32,794 nucleotides of DNA, taken from Diploschistes diacapsis. Lineage: Eukaryota. Both the position numbers and the translations under genes were made by a program. Positions 1 through 10,054 of the stretch are shown piece after piece. The stretch lies in NCBI GenBank assembly GCA_023645945.1, contig JALAIB010000095.1:1-32794 (forward strand), read 5' to 3'. The notes beneath the pieces are model-generated. The model was not told the origin of the DNA and searched no databases. It was given only the letters and a program-made list of their open reading frames with translations. Numbering within the stretch: position 1 is the stretch's first letter; each line of letters opens with the position of its first letter.

Positions 1-655
1 CCCACCCCGAGCAACCCGAGCACCAAGTAATCACGGTCTCCAACTCCTTCGAGTTACCTCCTGCGAGCAAGCCGGCGCAAAGCGATACTTTTACCCGCCG
101 CAAAACGCCCGGGGCCGTATGCCATCGTCGCCTCGGACCGCTCGTCTGCGTGCAGAGTGCACTGGCCTCGGGACGTCGTCGCGGGGTCACGGTCGTCTGG
201 GCTGGCGAGGGGGGGAGGCCGGGATCGACGGGGCGATGCGCTGGTGCATGTGTGCATTGCTTTGCGGTTGGTTCAGGGCTCGAGGTGCTTGTGGGAACCC
301 CAAGTGGGGGTTAAAAGGAAGGTGGGTCCGTCTGCTCTCTGCTTCGTTGATGATGCATGCGTAGATGTCGGTCGCTTTACTTACGAGGGACAGGGAAGGG
401 CGGGTGATTCGGGAAGTGGAGCGGAGCAGAGCAGAGCAAAGTAAAGTAATATACAAGGCAAGCATGGGTGTACAGAGTATGTTTTCGATGCAGGGTCTCT
501 GCAGCGTTCGCGTTCTATAAAAGACTGGCGTATCAGATGGGGCCTCCCCTGCTTGCACCAAGCGCTTATTAAAAAGATCACGGCTCCGAAAAAAAACTTT
601 ACTGCTTACTCCGAGAACCTCCCGATTTAAAATAGCATAAAAAAATCCCACCCCC

Positions 656-2155
656 TTAATCCTTCTTGATGCCATTAGCATCCCCGTTCATGGTCTCGGT
701 ATGATGGTGATGCCTCGTGGTCGGCGCCCCGAGCATATCCGGATCCATCTGCGTGTTCGTCTTGCCCATCTGCACCCCCGTCTCGATATCGGCCATGTTG
801 TGCACGCGCTCCGAATGGCCGTAGATGACGTTCGCGCCGTCGGAGAAGACGTACGGCTCTTCGCCGTGGACCGCCATGTCGCCGATGAGCAGATCCTCCT
901 CCTTCATCCGGAGCGGGATGCGCAGCACGTATTTGATGAAGACCATGATGGCAGACGTCCAGAAGACGTTCCACCCGATGATGAAGAGCGCGCCGGCGAT
1001 CTGGAGACCGACTTGTCTTCCGTTCCCGGACACGGCGCCTCCGGGTGCGGCGGTGGCAAAGGCGGCTACGCCCTCTGCCGTCGCGAAGATGCCGGTGCCG
1101 CAGCCGCCGACGATGGCGGCGACGAAGTGAGTGTGGAAGATGCCGAGCGCGTCGTCGAAGAAGCGCGTCATGTTGAGCTTCTTGTGCGCAATGTTCATCG
1201 TGAACCAGGGAACGGAGCCGGAGCCGATGCCGAGGAGGATGGCGCCCCAGCCGGCGACGAAGCCAGCGGCTGGCGTGATGGCGACCAGACCGGTGATCAT
1301 GCCGTTGATGGCGCCGATGACGGACGGCTTGCCGTAGTAGACGTAGTCGAGGATCGTCCAGACAAGCAGGCTGATCGCGGCGCAGAGATTGGTGTTGAGG
1401 ACCGCCGCACCGGCATCAGTGCTGGCGGTGTAGGGGTCTCCACCGTTGAATCCGTTCCAGCCAAGCCAGAGCAGACCGGCTCCCACCAGGGCCATGATTA
1501 TGTTGCTCGGTCTGTTGTCTTCGATATCTCTCTGCAGACGAGGGCCGATCCACCATGCGCCTACTGCGCCTGCCGTCCCCGACGAGAGATGGATGACATA
1601 GCCCCCGGAATAATCAAGGACGCCGAGCTGGAAGAGGAAGCCTCCGCCCCAGATGCTGAACGCGCCGACCGTGTAGGAGAATGTGATCCAAAGAGGAACG
1701 TAAATCATCCAAGCGAGGAAGTTCATTCGGCCAAGGAAGGAGCCAGCAGTGATAACGACGGTAATGGCAGCAAAGACGAATTGGAAATACACCATTGTTG
1801 CCATGCCGTAATTCGCCTTGATGTTGGCGGTTGGCAGAGCTGCCTGTGAAAGCTCGTAGTCCATGGAAACTGCCTGGTTGGGAACACCGACAAAAGGAAG
1901 CATCTGGTCTCCGAAAGCAGCTCTGTATGCATACAGAACCCATACGACCAGAGTCGCTGCAAATCCGTAGAAAGCCATGAATGCCGAATTGATGGCCCAT
2001 TTACGCTTGACAAGCCCCGCGTAGAGGACCATCAGGCCAGGGACGCTCTGAAGCCCGACCAAGGTCGCGGCCGTCAACTGCCAGGCATTGTCGCCACCCC
2101 CAGGACTGGCCAACCAGTCTGGCGTCACCAGCTCGGTTATATTGTAGGAACTCAT
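656..2155 (-). CDS. amt: Ammonium transporter (Amt/Mep family), plant-AMT2-like / MEP-alpha type, intronless, 499 aa
   Basis: Single ORF with many hydrophobic helices. Amt motifs: GDNAWQLTAATLVGLQSVPGL, FQFVFAAIT, DYSGGYVIHLSSG (first pore His), LLWLGWNGFNGG, NGMITGLVAITP, DDALGIFHTH (second pore His), and C-terminal LRMKEEDLLIGDMAVHGEE. The N-terminal PDWL..GDNAWQLTAATLVGLQS and KKWAxNSAFMA-type signature resembles plant AMT2 rather than yeast Mep1-3. Confidence 0.96.
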   Translation of the reverse strand: MSSYNITELVTPDWLASPGGGDNAWQLTAATLVGLQSVPGLMVLYAGLVKRKWAINSAFMAFYGFAATLVVWVLYAYRAAFGDQMLPFVGVPNQAVSMDYELSQAALPTANIKANYGMATMVYFQFVFAAITVVITAGSFLGRMNFLAWMIYVPLWITFSYTVGAFSIWGGGFLFQLGVLDYSGGYVIHLSSGTAGAVGAWWIGPRLQRDIEDNRPSNIIMALVGAGLLWLGWNGFNGGDPYTASTDAGAAVLNTNLCAAISLLVWTILDYVYYGKPSVIGAINGMITGLVAITPAAGFVAGWGAILLGIGSGSVPWFTMNIAHKKLNMTRFFDDALGIFHTHFVAAIVGGCGTGIFATAEGVAAFATAAPGGAVSGNGRQVGLQIAGALFIIGWNVFWTSAIMVFIKYVLRIPLRMKEEDLLIGDMAVHGEEPYVFSDGANVIYGHSERVHNMADIETGVQMGKTNTQMDPDMLGAPTTRHHHHTETMNGDANGIKKD

Positions 2156-2329
2156 CGTAGAGGTGTTCTATCCCCCTTGTAAGCTACCTCTAATGCGAGG
2201 AAGTGAGGGATAGGTTGTGTAGACGAAGGTAGCACGAAATAACACGAAGAAGAGCCAAAGAGGATCTCAAGACCGCTGCTGCGAACAGGCAGCAACGAAG
2301 CCCGGAACGCGTGGGAGACGATTTTGAAG

Positions 2330-3039
2330 TTATCGAAAAGCGAGAGGCGAGAGGTAAGAGCTTCAGAAGGAGGTTTAAAGATGCAGGGGCCCTGGGTTAA
2401 TGCAGGCAGAAAGGTGGTCATCAAGGCTTGATCCCGTAGCCCGTCTCATTCTCGCGTGGTCCCGGCATCCTGGATCACTCTTTTTCCTTCATTTGCGTTG
2501 AACTTGCTGGGTTCGAAACAACGCGCAGATTGTGTAGTAGCACATAGCAGATTCAGCTCGGGAACGAATGAGGTGCAATTGAGTTATCTTCCGACCGTAC
2601 GGATTCGTAAGGAAAAGATAAGCTGGATGGCACAAGGTATATGAATCTCTTGGCAAGGCTTTTGTAGTCGATTAATGAGCCAATGAAAACGGCCTCTAGC
2701 CATGCTTAATTAACCGTACACTTTGTAAGAGGTCCTTATCTGTCAGCGAAACCCCTGACTCCCCGCCCTGTCCTTCTGCACAAATGACTCGCATTTCTGC
2801 CAGTCATCCCACAGACATGGGGGGGCCACCAGGTTGATGATGAGCAGGAGAAAAAATCAGAACCAAGACCACCTGCAGCAGCTTCAAGCTTGGGAGGAAA
2901 CAAAGCTTCTCGCGTTGCAGCATGATATACAGGACTCGTGTTGACTGCACATCACAGTACCGCACAGCCCGTGCCGGAGCCCTACCTTGGCCTTGGCGGC
3001 GCCACAATCAGAACAGCTTGTGGGATGTTGAGCGATAAG
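2330..3039. promoter_or_regulatory. Cluster of GATAA sites upstream of the ammonium transporter (putative AreA/NIT2 nitrogen-regulation sites), plus a CCAAT box
   Basis: TTATCG 2330-2335, TTATCT 2584-2589, AGATAAG 2616-2622, CTTATCT 2735-2741, CGATAAG 3033-3039; GAGCCAATGA near 2677-2686. GATA-factor control of fungal ammonium permeases is established; function of these particular sites is inferred. Confidence 0.55.
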
Positions 3040-4675
3040 CTGTTCCAGCCTCCTTCATGGCTGTGGTTGATGTTGTTGAGTGAAAGGTGTGCAAGAGAGA
3101 GCGAAGATCAAGAAGTAGTATTTATTTAGTAATGATCATGCCAGGCTTTTAACCTTTGCATCTCGGGTAACTGTAGCTTAGAACTGGGTTGGTTCATTCT
3201 AGTTGTTGCTCTGCATAGAGCTGCCATAGTCGATCGAATCACCAGAAGCTGAGGCTTTTGGGTAGAAAGCATATTTGCGCCAGCTCCATGCACGTTTGAC
3301 TCAGAGCACCATCTGCTCCGCACCCTCTCGAGATATACCGTGCTGCCAAGCCACACTGCGTGACAAGCTTACACAGCTCCGATGCATCTATGTAGATTAA
3401 AAGAGTTGAATTCAAAAGACATGAAGGCATTTGTGTACTGTCAAATGACTTGAATTAGCGTGTAGGTAAATCAACTGTCAGCTCTACAAAAAAGTATGTA
3501 TGGAAAGGGTGCGGAGCAGCTGGCACTCCTGAGTCAAACAGTACAAACACAAACTAGTTCTTTTTTACACCTCTACCACACTTCATGCCCTCACAAAAGC
3601 TTGAGTGACGCTTCAGATCTATCACAACCAAATTTCAGATACTCGAAGCTCTCCCCGGAACTTTCAGACTTGGTTGTAATTGACTTGAAACATCTTTCGA
3701 GCTGCTCTTACATGGGCACAAAAAGGTATAAAAGGTATATGGTATGTAAATTAATATTAATCTCGTCTACGCCCCGGGATATCGAGCGCGCAAAAAGGCA
3801 ATTTAGCATGTGACGCCAAGGACTGTCGGGTTTGGGTGATTATAATGCCAGACATTTCAGAGTGCGCCCGGCGCTGTGCACAGGGAACTGTATAAAATGA
3901 AGGGATGGAGCGATGAACCCCACCAAGTGTCCGATTCTGCTTCTCTCGCCAAGGTTCTCATTGTATCTTAGCGAGGTATGACAGGCATTACTCGGTATTA
4001 CACAAGTAGCAAACAGGTGTCTCCGGAAAGCTTGCAGGCAAAGGAGTGCTTATGAAGCGACGCTTTCCTGCAGCGGGGTGTGGGAGGCAGGTACCTATGC
4101 ACTGTCCAAACCTCGGCTCCAAGTCCCAAAATGCCGGACATTCTTCCCAAGGTCCCAGAAATGCCAGTACTACAGATTTAAGGTTCGAAGGCCACCGACA
4201 AAGCAGCCTGACAAGTTGTGAATCTCAGTGTTATGTTATCTCCGTAGGTAAATCCGGGTGAAGCGGAGCAGATTCTGATCCCGTCAAACACTGGTTGTGA
4301 TGCATGAAAAGTGCATATCCACAATCCATTATTCCATGCGCTTGAAGCGCAGTACAGTAGAGTGCATCTCGTATTTCGGGGGAAAGTCCCCGTTGATGAT
4401 TCCGGGAAAGTTAGAAGTGCATTCATCACCAACGTCCGATTCGCTAAAGACAAGGAAATGGCAGGGATAAAGCTTGAGCAGCAAGTGTGAGTTGACAAAA
4501 ATTACATAATAAGTACCATGGTTCTCAAGATACTTTCTCAGCCATACTAATTTGTATGCAGTCACAAGTATCTATAGAACTAGCCCTCTCTCCAGCCACA
4601 TTTGTTTATTTAACGCATCGATTACATTGCTTTTTTTTTATAGTTTTTGATCTTAACATTCTAACTTTTTTTTAG

Positions 4676-5237
4676 ATGCGATGGAGGCCTCGTTGTCTGC
4701 TCGCCCTGCGCGCCCTGCGGCCACGTTCGATGAGCTGGGTCTTAAAGACCTCATGCTCTACGTTGCCCCCTCGGACGTCTGGAAGCACCACGTAGTATCG
4801 CTGCCCCCATATACGAGCATGGCGGCTTCGGTATATATAAAGATTTAAAGGAGGCGTATCTCCCCGTACAAGCGGATACGGAAATCGTGATCTGGCAAGA
4901 ACGCCGACTACAGATAAATCGTCGCCCCATCTAGAAACGTTTATATATTAACTACGTCCAGTTTAGGGAGATCCTAAAAGATCTCCAAACCACCTTCTAC
5001 GACTAAAAGGCCGTGGCGGAGAGAGCGCCTTTAAAGGACCGGAATGCCCTCATAAATAACTTCCTACGCGCTGCGGGTGAGTTCTATGATCATCTACCAC
5101 TACGACCGGGACGCGGAGATAGAGGAAAAACGGAGGGGAGCATAATGAGCGGAGAAGGAACACGGCAGAAGGGAGACTATGGGAGGTTTAAAAGCACGCT
5201 TTTAAGCTGCTTTTGGAGCATTTTAAGCATCTTTTAA
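4676..5237 (+). pseudogene. Decayed coding relic in a TpA-rich island (probable RIP-mutated repeat or gene fragment)
   Basis: Preceded by an intron-like 3' end (CTAAC, T-tract, TAG at 4673-4675). The protein-like frame 4815-5237 (EHGGFGIYKDLKEAYLPVQADTEIVIWQERRLQINRRPI*KRLYINYVQFREILKDLQTTFYD*KAVAERAPLKDRNALINNFLRAAGEFY...) is broken by TAG 4932 and TAA 5004, both explainable as CAR>TAR changes. Flanks are very AT/TpA rich. Confidence 0.5.
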
Positions 5238-6305
5238 CGCTTTAACATCTATTTTTTATCGCGATATAGTTTTTATGGCCATAATAATAAATAAAGTTTT
5301 TTAATTTCATATTTAATTCTATATAGTTCTGCGTGTTTCTGTAAGTGACATGCATTTTATATATAAATTATATAGAGATTTAAGTACCTGGCAGAGCCAC
5401 AGCGAATTAGGCAGAATGCATCACTAGAACGCCACCAAATATATTACACAATTTTACAGTAGGCAGAATAAGACAAGCCGGTAGATGGGGGGGGGAGGGG
5501 CAATACGTTTGTGACTTGTAACTTGTAAAACGCCCATAAACCCTAAATGTTAAGGAATTTTAGTGCTCTCATCTTCCATCCAATTATCGCTGCGGAAAAC
5601 CGTCAGAGAGACTTTTGCATCCTGAGCATCATCATTTTCCTCTCGAAGCCCGGCGGCTACGGTTCTGCACGGTTTGCTGTTCTGGCTTGCTGACTGGCCA
5701 GGACTACCCAGAGCTTACTTGCCCCTAATGCATTCTGCTGCACCTCCGTCCTGCTGTCGAATATCGAGAAAGTCCGCCATTGATCACTATCACTATTAAC
5801 CACTTCAGGTTCGAGAGCGCGAACAAGCTGCAGCAGGATGGCTGGTCCACGCAGAGTCTGTGTTCCTCCACGGGCCCTACGCTACCAGCCTCTGGAACAG
5901 TTAGGGAAGTGGCCTGACGGTCGTTCTGCTCCCCCTCCACGCTGTGAACCGAGCCCTTGAACCCCTCATCACGCCCACTAGTGCCCCGTACCATCGAGGA
6001 TGGATCCATCCAGAGGTAAGAAGCAAAGCCGTGGGTTTCCATAGCTTTTATGGACGTACTACTGCGGCAAGTCCTACTTGTTCTCGAAAAGTCTTCCATT
6101 TTCGTGCCTTTACTACATATACCTACAAGCGCCCACCAGCCCAAAGGGCTTCTACTTTCAATCCCTTTTCGCCGTTCTCGTGATTTTTTCAGTTTATGAC
6201 TTGCATGACCTAGATACACAAGTGGCAACACTCAATTGACGACCTAGCGACTGATTGACTGCATTTGATAACATTTTTTGATTTTCTTGTTTTAGTATAC
6301 GCATC

Positions 6306-8721
6306 ATGGTAAGGCTGCCTGGGCAGAACAGCTGATCCTGCAAGCCAAGGCAGCTTGACTAATGCGAACTAGTCTTACCTACAAGGCTCGCATGGCAGGC
6401 GGAGTATGATGTCGAAGGCGAACATCCAGTCGGTATATGGTCACAGGAGGTCGGTAATAACGCATAAGCCGTCGCTGGACCTGCAGGAAACCGAGTTCGA
6501 GGAGGACTACAGTGACCTCGAGGAGTACTCGGGAAGGCGGAGCGATGACTCGGTAGGTACTCTCGTATTACTGACCCGGCAAAGTACTAATGGTTTGTAG
6601 TCGGGACAAGTTAGTGCCACGACTTTGGATTATGACGAGCTCCGAACGCCGGCCACACAGCATGATGGTTTCCCAGCTTTTAGCCTACCTACGGAGGAAA
6701 GTAAGTCGATGAAGGCGGTAGAGGGACCAGTAGGGCCGCATCTCTTTCGATTATCCCAGGAGACCTCTCAGGACGTAGATATCTACCTTACGCTATCCCC
6801 TCCAGGGTCGCCCGAAGAGCAACGGGCACCACCACCGCAAAGACGGCAGCAGCAGCAGCAGCAGCAGCAGCATGGACACAGACCAGCCGAGGCGTTCCAC
6901 GAGCCCCCACGCACCAGTGTGCCATTACGAACATGGACTCCCCAGCAAGTTGCCGAGTGGATGTACTCGACGGGCTTTGATAGATCGATCTGCGACACTT
7001 TCTTCATCAATGATATATCTGGAATAACTTTGATAGACCTCCAGTATGATGATTTGAAGGAACTGGGCATCACTTCGTTCGGTCAGCGACATAGGCTATG
7101 GGCGGAGATCAGGGCTCTGAAGGAGCTGAAGCTACCGAGTCCGAACGAGGAACTCTGTTACTCACCGGCCGTGCCCCATATACAGCTCCCGAAAGCGGAA
7201 GTGCCCGTAAGGATTTGCACCCCTGAAACTCCGTTGGGGGAGACAATTTCGCCAACTACTGGTCGAAGGAGAGGCAGGAGAAGACATGACGATATCATCT
7301 CTCCCGCTGAATCAGCGTCGATCGTTGCGATTGAACAACTCCTTCCGAAGCCACACAATTGCTCCAAGGGCGAAAACTGCTCGAAATGGAGGAAGCAGCA
7401 GAAGAAGCTCGCGTTAATAGCAACCGAATTTCCTAACGAAATGGCACAGCTCGCTCAAGCCAAAGGTTCACCTGTAGAATCCGGCCTCGGCGCCTCGGTC
7501 ATCGCCAGCGTCGTCCCCTCCATTGTCGCCTCCTCCGACCTCCTTGGCTCCGAGAAGCCCAAGGTTCGACTCGAAGAGACCAACCTCCGGGCCGTCCGGA
7601 CCCGTGACCCGCAGGAAAACGTCAAACAATTTCTCCAATTTCAGCACGTCGACCAAAGAGAGGATCCAACCACCCCACCTTACGAGATGTTCCCTCCTCT
7701 TTCCCCGCCAAAGGCCCAGCAACCTCACGCTAATCTCGCCTCCCTTCCCAAGCTCACCATCCCCACCTCCGCACCCATCAACGGTCCCTTCTCGCCCACC
7801 AATTTAACAGCCAAGCCTGCCCGCAATGCCACCCCTCTAACCGCACAGCATTACCCTGCTGTCCACGACATCTACCGCATTGGTTCTCCCGCCTCGGAGA
7901 TGGACGTCCCGGTCACCGCTATCCCCCTGGGCCCGATCGAGCGCGACTTCTCCTCTTCGGTCCCGCCCGATATGCGATACGGTAACGCTGACGTAGATGA
8001 ACTCATCCCGCGCTCCCTTTCCCCCTCGGGCCAGCGTGGACCGCCACCACTATCCTTTTCCCAGCCCTTCAGCCCCATCAAGCGCTCCGCTTCCCAGCGT
8101 CACAGCAAGGGCAGGCCGAGCATCGTGGTGCATGGAATGCTGCCACAGTATCCGGTCGCGGAGGACGTGAGATCTGAGGCGGCGCCGACGGAGATCGCAG
8201 ACGACAGGGACGAGCTAACACCGACCGCCGAGGCCTCCGCGCAGGGAATGAGCACGGGCGCATCAGCAACGGATCCAAATGCCCCGCAGCACCAAGGCTG
8301 GATGAAGAAACGGCGCACGCGGCTGCTGCGGCACGAGTGGCATGAGAACCACTTCCGTCTGCGTGGCACGCAGCTGGCAATGCACAAGGATGACGCCGCG
8401 CTGGACGCGCTCGAGTACGTCGACGTGGACGACTATGCCGTTGCGATCAGCGCCAGCCACAGCAAGCTCAACTCGGCGATGAAGAGGCTCAGGCTGAACG
8501 GCGGCAGGCAGAAGGGCCTCGAGCCGGGCGCCTTTGCGTTTCAACTTACGCCCGCGCGCAGTGTTGGGGAGATCCCCGCTGCGGGGAAGCTGCATGCAGC
8601 GACAGGGAAGACGCATCATTTTGCGGTCAAGACACAGACGGAGAGGATCGATTGGATGAGGGAGCTGATGCTGGCGAGGGCGAGGAGGGGAAGGGGATTT
8701 GAGGGGAAGAGCTTCGAGTAG
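6306..8721 (+). CDS. SAM- and PH-domain protein (Boi-like architecture, no SH3 visible); predicted exons 6306-6308, 6373-6552, 6601-8721
   Basis: SAM domain: WTPQQVAEWM...FFINDISGITLIDLQYDDLKELGITSFGQRHRLWAEIRAL. C-terminal PH domain: HQGWMKKRRTRLLRHEWHENHFRLRGTQLAMHK...THHFAVKTQTERIDWMRELMLA. Introns 6309-6372 (GTAAGG..ACTAAT..TAG) and 6553-6600 (GTAGGT..ACTAAT..TAG) join the ORFs in frame. Confidence 0.85.
6847..6870 (+). repeat. (CAG)8 microsatellite encoding a poly-Gln tract
   Basis: Eight perfect CAG units in frame within the SAM/PH gene (QQQQQQQQ). Confidence 0.95.
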
Positions 8722-10054
8722 GGGAAGCAGAAGCGAGACGCTTGCTGCAGCGATGAGGCTGAATGAGGACTCGAAGGCGATGAGAGAGGGCAGCATGCCG
8801 CTGAAGGTATCAAGTGGAAAGGGAGCGTGAGGGGAGGGGAGAGTGGTAAGAGCAAGGAGGGGCGGGACGAGAGGACTCAGGGGCGACCGTTTTCTAACGA
8901 CATCGCGACGCTCCGACTGATCAACTCTTCAACAACACGACCAAAAGAACTTTGAAGGCGAGGCTTTTTGCTACATACGGTACTCCCATCTTACCCACTC
9001 GATGAGTCCACCCGCTCTCCGCGACGCGATGCAATTTTGATTCCCCGGGCAGCACATGTGCAATTTATCGCGCACATGCTTTCTTTTCCTTATTTGTTTG
9101 GCTTTTTGGGAATGGTCATCACTCCTTCAATTCAGCTGGCTGATATGTTCAGCGACATCATGATACCCGTTTTTCGCTTTGCTTTTTTCTCTGGTTTTGG
9201 GCTGAGTGGTTGAGGAAGTGAGCAACGGGTTGGCTTTTGCAGCCACCCATACCGATCATTTTGCACGAGAAGAGAGGGATCAGGAGGATGATAGAGATCG
9301 AAGAGATAGTGGGTAGGGAGAATATGATGTGGAGGGCTGGGAAGCCCTTTGGGGTTCGAAGGGAAGAGGAAAGTAAACCGGCTCTTCAGCCTTACCTTGC
9401 CTTGCCATGCGGGTGGCAGCACCAGCAATTCTTCCGTAGTCGGCAAAGGATACAGTATAGGTAGTACTAGGTAGCAAGAAGTAGAGGAATCATAAGTCAT
9501 GACCCGAGATCCAATTCAAGCATGACGGCTTTTGGTGCTTGTGCTTTGAATTGGCACTAGTCTAATATTATGTTTCAATAACACTCAATAGAGGTTAGAG
9601 AAAGGCCATGATTTGCAGTGACTGGTTTCACGACATGACAAGTCAAGTGGGTATAGGTATCATAGTCGGAGGATGTAAAATCGGGCAGTAGTATTCGAAC
9701 CAATATCTTTGTAATACCTTTTGGAGGCAACGGTGATGGAGACATTCAGGGGTCTTTTCAAGCTTTGTAGGGATGACGCGCCCAGACTCGCGACAACGCT
9801 TCGCTGCGATCAGTGCGATGATCCTTCCTGAGACTTTGGCCAAGGTTGCACGGCTGGGTTAGGGGGGACCGTGATGCCTCATAAATCACCCACTCATTTT
9901 ATCTGTTAATGGCCTGAGGAAAACTTATTATTCACTTGTTATCTCTATCCATGTGATCATCAAGGCCGCTTCGCAAATGGGTTTACTCGTACTACCATCA
10001 TTGTCGCAGACAGAACGTCTAAGTGGCTTGCACTGCAACGCAAACGGCGCAGTC

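Noticed and set aside
1..444. Open frames at the left edge (2-364, 3-314, 157-444)
   Set aside because: Could be the 3' end or UTR of an upstream gene, but no frame shows recognisable protein features, so I cannot choose among them.
701..1849. 382-aa + strand ORF antisense to the ammonium transporter
   Set aside because: Shadow ORF in codon register with a high-GC3 gene. It has no recognisable motifs, and its V/D/E/G/R/H composition is typical of antisense frames.
5725..6231. 168-aa minus-strand ORF and overlapping 79-aa plus ORF
   Set aside because: Non-ATG starts and no motifs. The region is better explained as promoter, 5' UTR and intron of the SAM/PH gene.
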